A stretch of 64,000 bases of DNA from Minisyncoccia bacterium (GTDB taxonomy: Bacteria; Patescibacteriota; Minisyncoccia; UBA6257; JAAZHW01), in the NCBI GenBank assembly GCA_041550235.1, contig JBFEPE010000001.1, positions 8,003 through 72,002 of the forward strand, in the 5' to 3' direction. Position numbers and translations under genes: made by a program. Of this stretch, positions 1 to 9,600 are shown piece after piece. The notes beneath the pieces are model-generated. The model searched no databases and was not told the origin of the DNA. It saw only the letters and a program-made list of their open reading frames with translations. The first letter of the stretch is position 1. Each line of letters begins with the position of its first letter.

Positions 1-864
1 GTTCTTCATGTAATTCCGAGAGAATATTCTGTTGATGATTTACAAAAAATAAAAGACCCATTGGGGATGCATGGAATAAAGTTAGAGGTTGATAGTTTGA
101 TTATTGCAGGATTTATTCCAAATCTAAAAACAACAACAAAGGCATTTGATGAATTAGGAATGAGAGTGGAGGATAAGATATTTAAGCCATTAGCGGCCGC
201 GAGGTCATCAGTCTCAAGAAAGCAAGAAGAAGTTGGGACGGTTTTGGTTGATTTAGGGGGAGATTCAGTTAGTTTTGTTATATTTGAAGAGGGGAGAATT
301 TTGTCCTTGGGTAGTTTTCCTATTGGCTCTAATCACATTACTCATGATATCGCCATTTGCCTTAAAACGAGCTTGGATGTAGCGGAAAAGATAAAGCTTC
401 ATTACGGCTCTGCTATTTCAAGCGAGGTTCAAAGAAAAGATGTCTTTGATTTAAGCAAAATATCGCCTGAATTAGAAGGTGAGATTTCTAAGAAATATTT
501 AGCTGAAATTATTGAAGCGAGATTGGAAGAAATTTTTGGATTTATTATGGCTGAATTAAAGAAGATTGATAGATTTGGAAAATTGCCGGGAGGAGTTGTT
601 TTGGTTGGCTCAGGGGCAAAGATGCCACGATTAGTGAATTTTGTTAAGAATTATCTTCGGTTGCCTGCGAGAATTGGGAGGCCAATAAATTTGGAGGAGG
701 ATTCTGTTCCAGAAGAGATACTGGAGATAATTGATGATCCTTCTTATGCTTCTGCGGTTGGGACATTTCTTTTGGCGATAGATAATCTAAATGCGGATGT
801 TTCCCATAGCCCCTCGCCGTTCTTATCAAAGATAAGGAAAATAGGCAGGATGTTCTTGCCTTAA
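1..864 (+). CDS. ftsA: Cell division protein FtsA, C-terminal part (5' end lies upstream of window)
   Basis: Frame 1 is open from nt 1 (VLHVIPREYSVDDL...) into the listed ORF 61..864. Actin-like ATPase motifs VLVDLGGDSVSFVIFEEG and LVGSGAKMP are typical of FtsA. Confidence 0.7.
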   Translation, partial: VLHVIPREYSVDDLQKIKDPLGMHGIKLEVDSLIIAGFIPNLKTTTKAFDELGMRVEDKIFKPLAAARSSVSRKQEEVGTVLVDLGGDSVSFVIFEEGRILSLGSFPIGSNHITHDIAICLKTSLDVAEKIKLHYGSAISSEVQRKDVFDLSKISPELEGEISKKYLAEIIEARLEEIFGFIMAELKKIDRFGKLPGGVVLVGSGAKMPRLVNFVKNYLRLPARIGRPINLEEDSVPEEILEIIDDPSYASAVGTFLLAIDNLNADVSHSPSPFLSKIRKIGRMFLP

Positions 865-873
865 TCAAGGGGC

Positions 874-901
874 TTGACAAATTATTTATTTATGCTATAA
901 T
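874..901 (+). promoter_or_regulatory. Sigma70-like promoter TTGACA-N16-TATAAT upstream of small ORF pair
   Basis: cttgacaaattatttatttatgctataatgggg has perfect -35 and -10 hexamers. A GGGAGG SD precedes the ATG at 977. Confidence 0.55.
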
Positions 902-976
902 GGGGTCAGGAAAAGTGGATGTTTCATTTTTTCCGAATAAATCAAATTTAAAAATAAAAAACGGGAGGAAAAGAAA

Positions 977-1258
977 ATGAGTAAAAAAGTGGTAGATTAT
1001 TTAAAAGGTGGATGTTTCTTTTTAAGCGAAGTTGATGTGGAGAGATTGCAAAATCTCGGAATGGGAGTGAGTCCGTTAGAGTTTGTCTGCGGCGGAAATG
1101 CACTTCTTTATATGGTTAATCTCCCTGTTGGCTACTTAAAAGTAGTTGGACCAGTTAATGAGGGAAAACCTGTGAAGGCAACCATTATGTCGCCAAAAGG
1201 CAATCCGGTTGTGAGTTGTTGTTGTGATGAAGAAAACAACATCGCCAATAGTAAATGA
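977..1258 (+). CDS. Hypothetical small Cys-rich protein (93 aa)
   Basis: ORF with SD gggagg 8 nt upstream and a consensus promoter. No recognisable family. C-terminal CCCDEENN. Confidence 0.5.
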   Translation: MSKKVVDYLKGGCFFLSEVDVERLQNLGMGVSPLEFVCGGNALLYMVNLPVGYLKVVGPVNEGKPVKATIMSPKGNPVVSCCCDEENNIANSK

Positions 1259-1279
1259 ATTAAAGTGGGAGGAATTACC

Positions 1280-1621
1280 ATGAGAGAGTTAAATCTTGAT
1301 TTTAGTGGCGACCGGTTGTTAAAACCAGTTATGCAAAATTTTTTTTGGATAACCGGAATTAAGACGGCTTCTAGTTGTTCGTCTAATGATGCGATGGATG
1401 TTCTTTGCTTCATCATTACCCCCAATAAAAGACAACCAAATTGGGAGAGTAGAGATGCCGAAAGAGCGGCATCCTTGCTCCTAGATTTTTGCTCTTTGTC
1501 AAAAATTATCATGGACGACTCACGAAAGAGTTGCCTCAAGATTGGGGAAAAGATGTTTGACTTAGAATCTACGACCCCTAATGAGTTGTTAGATTATTCA
1601 AAAATTTATTTAAAGAAGTAA
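1280..1621 (+). CDS. Hypothetical protein (ORF listed from 1265 GTG; ATG at 1280 preferred)
   Basis: SD gtgggagga precedes the ATG. An antisense ORF 1132..1539 overlaps, so coding strand is uncertain. Confidence 0.4.
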   Translation: MRELNLDFSGDRLLKPVMQNFFWITGIKTASSCSSNDAMDVLCFIITPNKRQPNWESRDAERAASLLLDFCSLSKIIMDDSRKSCLKIGEKMFDLESTTPNELLDYSKIYLKK

Positions 1622-1766
1622 GATTGATAGAAGGTGATAAGAAGTAAGAAAGGTGTGTGCGGTATTTAAATATCATCTACAGAAGCACTTGTTTATCGGT
1701 GTGGAGTAGTTGAGGCAGGTGGTCGCCAAAGAGCCACCAAAAACGAACTAATTAAAACTAATTAAA

Positions 1767-1796
1767 AGGGAACCGAAGGGCTCCCTTTTTCATTTC
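1767..1796. terminator. Bidirectional hairpin terminator between the small ORFs (+) and dnaB (-)
   Basis: aagggaaccgaagggctccctttttc: GC stem with GAAG loop, flanked by A-run on one side and T-run on the other. Confidence 0.55.
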
Positions 1797-1835
1797 TTTA
1801 AAATATATAAATCTAATTCTATATAATAATCAATT

Positions 1836-3212
1836 CTACCCCTGATATTCTTCTACACCGCTGAAATTATCATCTATCTCTCTAAACATTGTTGTCTCTG
1901 GTTTAAATTTCAAATTAATGCTACCGAGAGGCCCATTTCTATGTTTGGCAACAATTAATTCCGCCGTATTTTTTTCTTCTTCGCTCACATCATCAGGATG
2001 TTTCTCTCTGTCTTTTCTATGAATAAACATAACAATATCAGCATCCTGCTCAATAGAGCCGGAGTCTCTCAAGTCCGCCAATCGTGGTCTCTTGTGGTCT
2101 CTTTGCTCAATCGCTCGAGATAGTTGTGAAATAGCAATGATAGGAATATTCAATTCTCTCGCCAATGTCTTTAACCCTCTTGATATTTCAGTTGTTTGCT
2201 GAACGAGACCACTGAACTTTGTGTCTCTTGGAATAATCAATTGGAGATAATCAACAATAAGCATATTCAACCCCTTCTCTGCTTGAAGTCGTCTTGCCAT
2301 TGTTCTTATCCTCATAATATTTGATGAGGGAGCATCGTCTATATATATCGGAGACTGGGATATTTGATCAATTCCTTGATGAAGTAAATCGTAATCATTT
2401 TGGCTCTTGCTTAATTTCCCCGTCCTTATTTTCCAAAGATCAACTCCTGATGCCATACTAATAAATCTATCTACTACTTGGTCTCGGGACATTTCCAAGC
2501 TAAAAACACCGATTGAATTTTTTTCCTTTACGGCGGCTTGAAGGGCGATGTTAAGAGCTAATGATGTTTTTCCTAATGATGGGCGAGCAGCTAATATAAT
2601 AAGGTCAGATTTTTGAAATCCGGATAATAAATTATCTAATTTTGTAAATCCAGTGCTTACCCCCCTTATCTTTTTCTCATCTTGCCTGTCTAATCTTTCC
2701 ATAAATTGAGGGATATCTTCTTTAATGCCCTTCAATTGTTGGCTAATAAGAGAGCTTTGGGTTACTTGAAATATTTTTTGTTCAACCTCATCAAGTAAGT
2801 CATCAACATTTCTGTCCTCTTGTCTTCCAAGCCCGTCTATTTCTTGAGCGGTAAAAATTAAATCTCTAAGAATTCTTTTTTGCTGGACTATCTTTGCATA
2901 AGAAGTTATGTGGCTTGATGTTGGAACTCCGCTTGCTAATGTTGATAAGTAAGTTGCTCCGCCGACGGATTCTAATATTTTTTTTGATTTTAATCTTTCG
3001 GTTAGATTTACTATATCAATTGGCTCTCTTTGGTTATATAATTCTAAAATTGTTTCGTATATTTTTTGATGAGCGGGTTTGTAGAAGTCGCTGGGGCTCA
3101 AGAAGTCTCCTATTTTTATAACTCCATTTTTGTCTATTAAAAGAGCCCCCAAAACTGATTGTTCGGCTTCAATATTTTGAGGAGGTATTATGTTTTTATC
3201 AATATTTGACAT
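1836..3212 (-). CDS. dnaB: Replicative DNA helicase DnaB
   Basis: N-terminal PPQNIEAEQSVLGALLID. Walker A AARPSLGKTSLALN. RecA-like C-terminal domain. 458 aa. Confidence 0.9.
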   Translation of the reverse strand: MSNIDKNIIPPQNIEAEQSVLGALLIDKNGVIKIGDFLSPSDFYKPAHQKIYETILELYNQREPIDIVNLTERLKSKKILESVGGATYLSTLASGVPTSSHITSYAKIVQQKRILRDLIFTAQEIDGLGRQEDRNVDDLLDEVEQKIFQVTQSSLISQQLKGIKEDIPQFMERLDRQDEKKIRGVSTGFTKLDNLLSGFQKSDLIILAARPSLGKTSLALNIALQAAVKEKNSIGVFSLEMSRDQVVDRFISMASGVDLWKIRTGKLSKSQNDYDLLHQGIDQISQSPIYIDDAPSSNIMRIRTMARRLQAEKGLNMLIVDYLQLIIPRDTKFSGLVQQTTEISRGLKTLARELNIPIIAISQLSRAIEQRDHKRPRLADLRDSGSIEQDADIVMFIHRKDREKHPDDVSEEEKNTAELIVAKHRNGPLGSINLKFKPETTMFREIDDNFSGVEEYQG

Positions 3213-3252
3213 TTTTTTGTTTTATGATATTATTTTTTATAGGAGGTACAAC

Positions 3253-3654
3253 ATGGGAAAAACAACTTATGAATTTGGCACTCTCTCTGATAATATTCCA
3301 AGGGATAAAATAAATGGTGTAGTGGATGAAATAGAAAATATTGTTTCTGAAAGAGGGGGGGGCTGGATTTTTAAAAAATCAGTAGAAAAAGATAATGACA
3401 GGGAAAAAATAAAGGTATTAATCTTAAAAGAAGGAAAGGGAGTTGTAGATATTGAAATTGATGAAAAAGCATTGGGTTTTGTTGGCTGGCTGGACAAATT
3501 CCCATCCAGACTAAAAGATACTTTTTATCCCCCCAAAATGGAAGTGCTTATTGGAGAGCAAGGTGATGGGTGCAATGATGAAATTGTTGAATTAGGAGAG
3601 AGTATAAGCGACATAATAAGTGGCCATCTACATCTCTTTACAACGACATCTTAA
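3253..3654 (+). CDS. Hypothetical protein (start MGKTTYEF; listed ORF begins 3190)
   Basis: Strong SD taggaggt 6 nt before the ATG at 3253. No family recognised. Confidence 0.5.
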   Translation: MGKTTYEFGTLSDNIPRDKINGVVDEIENIVSERGGGWIFKKSVEKDNDREKIKVLILKEGKGVVDIEIDEKALGFVGWLDKFPSRLKDTFYPPKMEVLIGEQGDGCNDEIVELGESISDIISGHLHLFTTTS

Positions 3655-3739
3655 GGAGTCGTTGATTCGCTGGTTGTTGCTCGCAGTAAGAGTGATAGCC
3701 GGCATTTTTTTAATCAAGGTGGCATAATTCCTTGCCAAG

Positions 3740-3880
3740 GGCAGATATAATTCCCCTCTAATAGAGGGGTGGCTCGCCACGAAAGAAATTGCTTTGCAAT
3801 TTCAACGTGGCTGAGACGGGGTGTTTTTCTTATTCTTTAGACCCCCGCCTTCGCGGGGGTGACAAGAGGGGGTATTTCGT
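3740..3880. repeat. Cluster of GC-rich hairpin repeats (dispersed family; reverse-complement copy near 21680-21735)
   Basis: ccctctaatagagggg, gtggctcgccacg..cgtggctgagacggggtg and acccccgccttcgcgggggt. The segment 3765-3825 is the near reverse complement of 21683-21737. Confidence 0.7.
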
Positions 3881-3962
3881 AATTCAAGATTATTATTATA
3901 TTATCAACATTTTTCAATTAGGCAATGAGAATTATTTTTGATATAATATTATTCGATTATAT

Positions 3963-4031
3963 GGGTCCGCCAGGTTTGGGTGATCTGTATTACCACACAG
4001 CATCTTGGGGGTTCGATTCCCCTCGGATCCA
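3963..4031 (+). tRNA. tRNA-like gene (7-bp acceptor stem, canonical T-arm; anticodon arm not cleanly resolved by eye)
   Basis: 5' gggtccg pairs with 3' cggatcc (one G-U). T-arm GGGGG-TTCGATT-CCCCT. D-arm aggt/atct is plausible. The anticodon stem has mismatches, so this may be an atypical tRNA or a pseudogene. Confidence 0.4.
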
Positions 4032-4057
4032 CATAATCTTTATCCACAACTAAACTA

Positions 4058-4090
4058 TTGACAAAAAAATTAAAAGATATACTATAGTAT
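4058..4090 (+). promoter_or_regulatory. Possible sigma70 promoter (TTGACA plus imperfect -10) driving a short transcript that ends at the 4131-4165 terminator
   Basis: Perfect TTGACA at 4058-4063. tatact/tactat lie 14-16 nt downstream. Confidence 0.35.
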
Positions 4091-4130
4091 TATTGGTAAT
4101 ACAGATCTTTCCAAACTTGGATAGATGCTT

Positions 4131-4165
4131 CGCCCTCTCGGGGGCGTTTTTTTATTTATTTTTTA
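4131..4165 (+). terminator. Rho-independent terminator
   Basis: ttcgccctctcgggggcg followed by tttttttattt. Confidence 0.6.
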
Positions 4166-4188
4166 AATTACATGGAAGCCACTAAAAA

Positions 4189-5598
4189 CTATAATTTCTC
4201 TATATCTTGCCCCTCACTCGTATCCCTCACATCATATCCTAATTTTTTTAACTCATTTCGCAAGTCATCAGAAGTTTTCCAGTCTTGACTATCTCGAGCA
4301 ATCTTTCTTTTTTCTAACAAATCAGAAACCTCATCAGGAATATCAAAATCTTTTCTCGCCTCAGAGTTTCTCAAAATATCCAAACCCAAAATATTATCCC
4401 AATCAGAAATCAATCTTATTTTTTCTGACGAAGAAATATTTTCTGACTTTAACATATTCCAAGCAGTCGCCAATGCTTGAGGAGTATTCAAATCATCTGA
4501 TAAAGCAGAAATAAATTTATCTTGCCATTTTTTAGAATTTTCTAAATTATTATTCTCATCATCATCACTCTTTTCTAAAATCTCACTCACTAAATCATAT
4601 AAATTATTAAGAGAATTATCTGCTCCTCGCATCGTCTCCCAACTAAAATTCAAACCCTTTCTGTAATGAGAATTCATTGTCAAATATCTAAAAGATAGGG
4701 GATGATATCCCTTTTCCTTTATATCATCAATCAAAATCATTGAAGCAGGGTCGCTCTTTGCTATTTTCTTTCCCTCATAACTCACCCATTCATTATGGAG
4801 CCAAAAATTAGATGTCTGCTCTCCAAATGCAGCAGTTGCTTGAGCAACTTCATTTGTATGATGGACTGGAATATGCTCTTTTCCGCCAGTATGAATATCA
4901 AATTTTTTACCCAAATATTTTACTGACATTGCAGTGCATTCAATGTGCCATCCCGGGAAGCCAACACCCCAAGGACTTTCCCATTTCAAAATATGTTGTG
5001 GCTGATTTGTTATCCAAAGAAGGAAGTCCCATGGTTGTTTTTTTTCTTCATCAACATCAACTCTTTTGCCGGCTTCTTGCTCTTTCAAATTTAAATTAGC
5101 AAACTTTTCATATTCTTTAAACTTTGAGGTATCAAAAACTAACCCTGTCTTTGTTTGATAAGTAAATCCTTTTTCTTCTATTTTTTTAATTAAATCTATC
5201 TGCTCTTTAATATGCTCGGTTGCTTTTGATAATATATCTGGCTTTTTAATATTTAATTCGTCCAATGATTTTAAGAATTGCTTTGTATATTTTTCTGCTA
5301 TTTCCATCACTGATAATCCTTCTCTTTTTGCTCCCTTTTCCATTTTGTCTTCACCTGTATCTTCATCAGAGGTGAGATGCCCCACATCTGTGATATTCAT
5401 TACCCACTTCACTTCATAATTTTGGCTCTTTAAGAATCTAACTAATATATCCCAAACGATATAAGCGAACATATGCCCGATATGTTGGTTCCAATATACT
5501 GTTGGGCCACAAGAATATATTCCCACCTTGTTTTTTTCAATGGGTATAAATTCTTGCTTTTTTCTTGTGAGGGTGTTGTATAATTTAATCTCTTTCAT
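4189..5598 (-). CDS. cysS: Cysteinyl-tRNA synthetase
   Basis: CGPTVYWNQHIGHM contains the HIGH motif. Class I fold. 469 aa. C-terminal DALR-like helical domain. Confidence 0.9.
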   Translation of the reverse strand: MKEIKLYNTLTRKKQEFIPIEKNKVGIYSCGPTVYWNQHIGHMFAYIVWDILVRFLKSQNYEVKWVMNITDVGHLTSDEDTGEDKMEKGAKREGLSVMEIAEKYTKQFLKSLDELNIKKPDILSKATEHIKEQIDLIKKIEEKGFTYQTKTGLVFDTSKFKEYEKFANLNLKEQEAGKRVDVDEEKKQPWDFLLWITNQPQHILKWESPWGVGFPGWHIECTAMSVKYLGKKFDIHTGGKEHIPVHHTNEVAQATAAFGEQTSNFWLHNEWVSYEGKKIAKSDPASMILIDDIKEKGYHPLSFRYLTMNSHYRKGLNFSWETMRGADNSLNNLYDLVSEILEKSDDDENNNLENSKKWQDKFISALSDDLNTPQALATAWNMLKSENISSSEKIRLISDWDNILGLDILRNSEARKDFDIPDEVSDLLEKRKIARDSQDWKTSDDLRNELKKLGYDVRDTSEGQDIEKL

Positions 5599-5676
5599 AT
5601 TGTCATTATTCTAATACAAAAAGAGCCGAAATAAAATCAACAGCCTATCCACTCCCAATCCACCACCTCACAAAAT

Positions 5677-5705
5677 TTGACAAATAAATTAAAATGTGAT
5701 ATACT
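5677..5705 (+). promoter_or_regulatory. Sigma70-like promoter TTGACA-N17-TATACT
   Basis: ttgacaaataaattaaaatgtgatatact lies in the cysS/5759 intergenic region. Confidence 0.5.
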
Positions 5706-5758
5706 GGCGGAAGTGTAAAAAACAAAAATGAAAAATATAAGATTAGTGGAGGTAAAAG

Positions 5759-6067
5759 ATGAAGATGTTATTAGTTTTGTTTTGGACTAAATTAAAAAAT
5801 GGAAAATGCATTTCAAAATTCAATGATGACTTTCCAGTTGAAATACTTCCTTTTTTAAAAGAAGGGATGCCAATCGAATTTCCCGATGGTAGAAGTATTA
5901 GAAATATGAAGATTCTTAATTTTGATAAAATTATTGGATCTAGAACGGGTTATTGGTGCCTTAAGGTTGAAGTGAAAATAGAGGGAATAGAAGATAATGA
6001 AGATTTATCAGGATGGAAAGGATGGGAGGAATTAAAAAAAAATTTAAAAGAATTTAGTAATTGGTAG
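5759..6067 (+). CDS. Hypothetical protein (102 aa)
   Basis: SD ggaggtaaaag precedes ATG ATG. No family recognised. Confidence 0.45.
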   Translation: MKMLLVLFWTKLKNGKCISKFNDDFPVEILPFLKEGMPIEFPDGRSIRNMKILNFDKIIGSRTGYWCLKVEVKIEGIEDNEDLSGWKGWEELKKNLKEFSNW

Positions 6068-6181
6068 ATAGTAGATAGTAAAATTTTTTCTTAAAAAAAG
6101 AATAACGAGGTGTAATCACAAAATTATGGAAGATATAATTTTGTGGTTATGCCTTGTTTTTTTATTAATTTATTAATTGGG

Positions 6182-6210
6182 CATACCCCCCGCCGTAGGC
6201 GGGGGGTATG
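6182..6210. repeat. GC-rich hairpin repeat (CCCCCCGCC-GTAG-GGCGGGGGG)
   Basis: cataccccccgccgtaggcggggggtatg is a perfect palindromic stem. Confidence 0.7.
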
Positions 6211-6274
6211 GGATAGATACAACGAGGTTGGACAAAAATGAATTTATTAAAATAAAAATAGCAAAAAAATAAAA

Positions 6275-6814
6275 TTAAGAGGAGAGCCAGATATATATTC
6301 CGGTGAAGATGTCTGAAAATATATTTTCTAATTTTTCTAAATCTCTTTTTGAAAATTTCTTGAGGACAATATCGCCGGCTCTTAACATTTGCTTGCCTTT
6401 TGACAAACTCTGAATAGGTCTTATCCCTATTCTTAATCTCCAAATTTTTTTCGTCCCCAATAATTTAATAATTGAATCAATTCCCTTATGTCCAGCCGAA
6501 CCCCTCTCATATTGCATCTTATATTTCCCCAAAACCAAATCATAATCATCGTGGATTATCAAAATATCATTTGTCTTTGCTTTAAAATATTTTGCGAGCT
6601 TGGAAACTGATTTTCCAGATTCATTCATATATGTTTGAGGAATACAGACAACAAAGCCATTATTTTTTGAAATAAGAGAATTTAATTTCTTATCAAAATC
6701 AAACTCAGATAATTTTTGAGACTCTTGGAATTTTTTGACTATAAGAGACCCGACATTATGCGGAGTATTTTCAAATTTTTCCTCAGGATTCCCCAACCCA
6801 ATTATCAGTTTCAT
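6275..6814 (-). CDS. pth: Peptidyl-tRNA hydrolase
   Basis: MKLIIGLGNPEEKFENTPHNVG is the canonical Pth N-terminus. 179 aa. Confidence 0.9.
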   Translation of the reverse strand: MKLIIGLGNPEEKFENTPHNVGSLIVKKFQESQKLSEFDFDKKLNSLISKNNGFVVCIPQTYMNESGKSVSKLAKYFKAKTNDILIIHDDYDLVLGKYKMQYERGSAGHKGIDSIIKLLGTKKIWRLRIGIRPIQSLSKGKQMLRAGDIVLKKFSKRDLEKLENIFSDIFTGIYIWLSS

Positions 6815-6904
6815 ATATTTTATTTCTAATAATATTTATTTAAAGTTGTCTGATTATAATGTATGGCGATTACCTTCTTTGTTATTCGTGTTTTTTTCTC
6901 TGTC

Positions 6905-7200
6905 ATGCCTGTCCGCCAAAGGCGGATAATACTTCGGCAGCCTGCCCGCCTTTGGCGGGGCATCTCATGTTTTTCTCATTTTTTAGATTCCTGCTTTCGC
7001 AGGAATGACAAAAAATTTGAAAAACATTCTTGCATCATTTAAAAATAATTCTAATATAATCATTCTAATCTAATAATATAGCAAGAGCAAGCCATAGTCT
7101 TGTCATTCTCCTTCAAAGGCGGATATAATTCCCCGCCATAGGCGGACATTCTGCCCTCTAATAGAGGGGTGGTCCGCCTCAGGCGGAGCGGGGTGTTCCT
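6905..7200. repeat. Intergenic array of GC-rich hairpin repeats (CCGCC-N4-GGCGG cores, ccctctaatagagggg)
   Basis: gtccgccaaaggcggat, cccgcctttggcgggg, ccccgccataggcggac, ccctctaatagagggg and ggtccgcctcaggcggagc. Confidence 0.7.
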
Positions 7201-7244
7201 GCACGATTTTTTGAGATTTTGGCGAAGAGATATATAATAAAAAT

Positions 7245-8207
7245 ATGAAAAATGTTTGGGAAAAATTAAGAAATAAAAAAGGGGGATTTTTTTGTTTGGC
7301 CCCAATGTCGGGAATTACAGATATAACATTCCGTCAAATAATATCAAAAATTGGAAGACCCGATATATTTTGGACAGAATTTTTATCATGCGATGGCATC
7401 TGCTCAGCAGGAAAAAAAGAATTATTATCAAACCTTATCTTTGATGAAAAAAAAGAGAGACCAATTATCGCCCAATTTTTTGGCAAAAATCCCGAAAATT
7501 TTTATCAATGCGGAAAATTAGCAAAAGAAATGAAATTTGATGGAGTAGATATAAATTTAGGATGCCCCGACAGGGCAGTTATAAAGCAGGGAGCAGGGGC
7601 AAGTCTTATCAAGGACAAGTTATTAGTCAAAGAGATAATTTCTGCCACTAAAAAAGGAGCAAAAGATTTGCCTGTTTCAGTAAAGACAAGAATTGGCTGG
7701 GATAAGAATGAGGTGGATGATTGGATTTCTTTTTTATTAGAAAATGATTTGACTGCCATCACAATTCACGGGCGAACAAAGAAGCAGGTTTATTCCGGAG
7801 TGGCTAATTGGGAAGCAATAGGAAAAGCGGTGGAGATAAGAAATAGAATGGATAAGAAAACAATAATTATCGGCAATGGAGATATTAAGAGTGCTCAAGA
7901 GGGGATTGATAAGATGAGAATTTTTGGTGTGGATGGAGTTATGATTGGAAGGGGAGTGTTGGCAAATCCATGGGTTTTTTCAGGAAGAGATGGTGATGAT
8001 ATTTCAAGAGAGGAGAGAATTAATACCTTATCAAATCATTTAAAATTATTTAGTAAGATATATAAAGGCAAGAAGCCGTTCAATGAGATGAAGAAATATT
8101 TTAAGCCATATATCTCCGGCTTTTTAGGAGCAAAGGAATTAAGAATTAAGTTGATGAATAGCAATTCAGTCAATGATGCAATTCACATCCTTTTGTTAAA
8201 AAAATAG
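7245..8207 (+). CDS. dus: tRNA-dihydrouridine synthase
   Basis: FCLAPMSGITDITFRQI. TIM-barrel FMN motifs and conserved Cys (NLGCP). 320 aa. Confidence 0.85.
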   Translation: MKNVWEKLRNKKGGFFCLAPMSGITDITFRQIISKIGRPDIFWTEFLSCDGICSAGKKELLSNLIFDEKKERPIIAQFFGKNPENFYQCGKLAKEMKFDGVDINLGCPDRAVIKQGAGASLIKDKLLVKEIISATKKGAKDLPVSVKTRIGWDKNEVDDWISFLLENDLTAITIHGRTKKQVYSGVANWEAIGKAVEIRNRMDKKTIIIGNGDIKSAQEGIDKMRIFGVDGVMIGRGVLANPWVFSGRDGDDISREERINTLSNHLKLFSKIYKGKKPFNEMKKYFKPYISGFLGAKELRIKLMNSNSVNDAIHILLLKK

Positions 8208-8269
8208 AGGGCGATGATTTTGATATTAGATTAATATCAGCATCGCCACTCCTCTTGATAAGGGCATTA

Positions 8270-8770
8270 TCAAAACCCCAGTGCCTTTTTCAGTTTCATT
8301 TCTCTCGGGTCATCAAAATTCCCGTTTTTATCCGCTCCTGATATTATTTTTTCAATAAACATTTTCAACTGATAATCCGTCTGCATTGCCTTTTTGAAAA
8401 TTAATATCATCAAATCTTTATATGGCGAGTCCCAATCCTTGCCAGTGGCAGGAATACTTCTTATAAACAATCCGAAATTGGCGAGAACATTGTTGAGGAC
8501 ATTGAAACATAAGCCACCCGGCATTGAGCCAAATGCGGCGGAAAAGTTTGAGGGGATGTATCCAAGTGTCAGTTGCTCTGTTTTTCTTTCTTGTGAAGCA
8601 ATCTCACTCATCGCTTTTTTATAATCATGACCCATTGCCTTTTTGATTTTCTCATATTTTGCCAGTATTTTTTTGACATACGGCTCAATATGCCCTGTCA
8701 TATCAGCCCCCTTCTCAAACAATTCATTCAATCCTTCTAATTCAGAATCTGAAATTATTGATTCGCTCAT
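8270..8770 (-). CDS. Hypothetical protein (166 aa)
   Basis: Long ORF with ordinary codon usage. No family recognised. Confidence 0.45.
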   Translation of the reverse strand: MSESIISDSELEGLNELFEKGADMTGHIEPYVKKILAKYEKIKKAMGHDYKKAMSEIASQERKTEQLTLGYIPSNFSAAFGSMPGGLCFNVLNNVLANFGLFIRSIPATGKDWDSPYKDLMILIFKKAMQTDYQLKMFIEKIISGADKNGNFDDPREMKLKKALGF

Positions 8771-8913
8771 TTTTTTACCTCGCTTTATTTTTATATTTTC
8801 AAATCCGGACTACCCGAATCTGAATACATCTTGCCATATATAAACTCCCTTGTCAAATTCATCATCCCGCTTTTAAAATTTCATAATACAAGTATAATAA
8901 AAAGCAATATAAT

Positions 8914-9540
8914 ATGGATATTGCGATAATAATTTTTCAATTTATTGTCTTAATGTTCTCCGCTATGATTCATGAAATATCACATGGGTCAGTCGCATAT
9001 ATATTAGGCGACAGAACAGCAAGGGAATTAGGACGAATGACGATGGACCCCAGAAAGCATTTTGACTTATGGGGGTCTCTTGTTTTGCCACTACTACTTC
9101 TATTAGCAAGTGGTGGAAGAATAATGTTTGGTTGGGCAAAGCCAGTCCCTTATAATCCATTTAATTTGAAAAATCCAAAAAGAGATCCCGGACTTATCGC
9201 ATTAGCCGGTCCAATGAGCAATATTTTGATGGCAGTTATTTTTGGATTAGCAATAAGATTAATTGTCGGATTTAATATAGTATCATTATTTAATTTGATA
9301 ATTTGGTTTGATGTGATAGTCCAAATCAATCTAATTTTGGCAATATTTAATTTAATTCCAATTCCACCACTTGATGGAGCAGGAATATTATTCTCATTTT
9401 TACCAAGGGCAGCTGAAAGATTATTTAATGTCATCGCAAGATATGGATTATTTATATTATTAATATTTTTGCTTTATGGATTTAGATTGATATATCCCAT
9501 AATAAGTTGGCTTAGATGGCTCATCATCGGCTCTTTTTAA
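8914..9540 (+). CDS. Site-2 protease family (M50) intramembrane zinc metalloprotease
   Basis: HEISH zinc motif near the N-terminus. NLIPIPPLDGAGI LDG motif. Multiple TM segments. Confidence 0.7.
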   Translation: MDIAIIIFQFIVLMFSAMIHEISHGSVAYILGDRTARELGRMTMDPRKHFDLWGSLVLPLLLLLASGGRIMFGWAKPVPYNPFNLKNPKRDPGLIALAGPMSNILMAVIFGLAIRLIVGFNIVSLFNLIIWFDVIVQINLILAIFNLIPIPPLDGAGILFSFLPRAAERLFNVIARYGLFILLIFLLYGFRLIYPIISWLRWLIIGSF

Positions 9541-9600
9541 TTATCATCTCACATTAAGACTAAAATTGATTTATGTATTTAAAAATAATATAATCAAAAT

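Noticed and set aside
977-1621. Possibility that the GC-richer 977-1621 stretch is a structured RNA (RNase P RNA / SRP RNA / 6S) and not two small genes
   Set aside because: None of the conserved RNase P (GGAAAGUCCGG / ACAGAACCCGGCUUA) or SRP (AGGUCCGGAAGGAAGCAGC) blocks are present. Both ORFs have well-placed GGGAGG ribosome-binding sites. They are kept as low-confidence CDS.
2894-3121. Antisense and embedded ORFs inside well-supported genes: 644..880(-), 2894..3121, 4812..5099, 7505..7762, 8394..8624, 9669..9899, 12460..12708, 12865..13263, 22375..22575, 23468..23892, 25969..26242, 26788..27054, 29670..30194, 35583..35771, 49570..50159, 51650..51862, 55711..56564, 56990..57217, 57848..58453, 61898..62258 and others
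   Set aside because: Each overlaps, on the opposite strand or an alternative frame, a longer ORF with clear homology signatures. AT-rich genomes generate many such spurious ORFs.
3655-4031. tmRNA (ssrA) hypothesis for the 430-nt noncoding stretch ending in a tRNA-like T-arm
   Set aside because: The 5' candidate (ggagtcgttgattcg) does not pair with the 3' acceptor strand. A complete 7-bp acceptor pairing exists only 69 nt upstream of the T-arm. No tag-peptide reading frame or resume codon context was identifiable.
6165-6443. ORF 6165..6443 (-) overlapping the pth 3' end
   Set aside because: It overlaps pth (6275..6814) in a different frame and spans the GC-hairpin repeat. Likely spurious.
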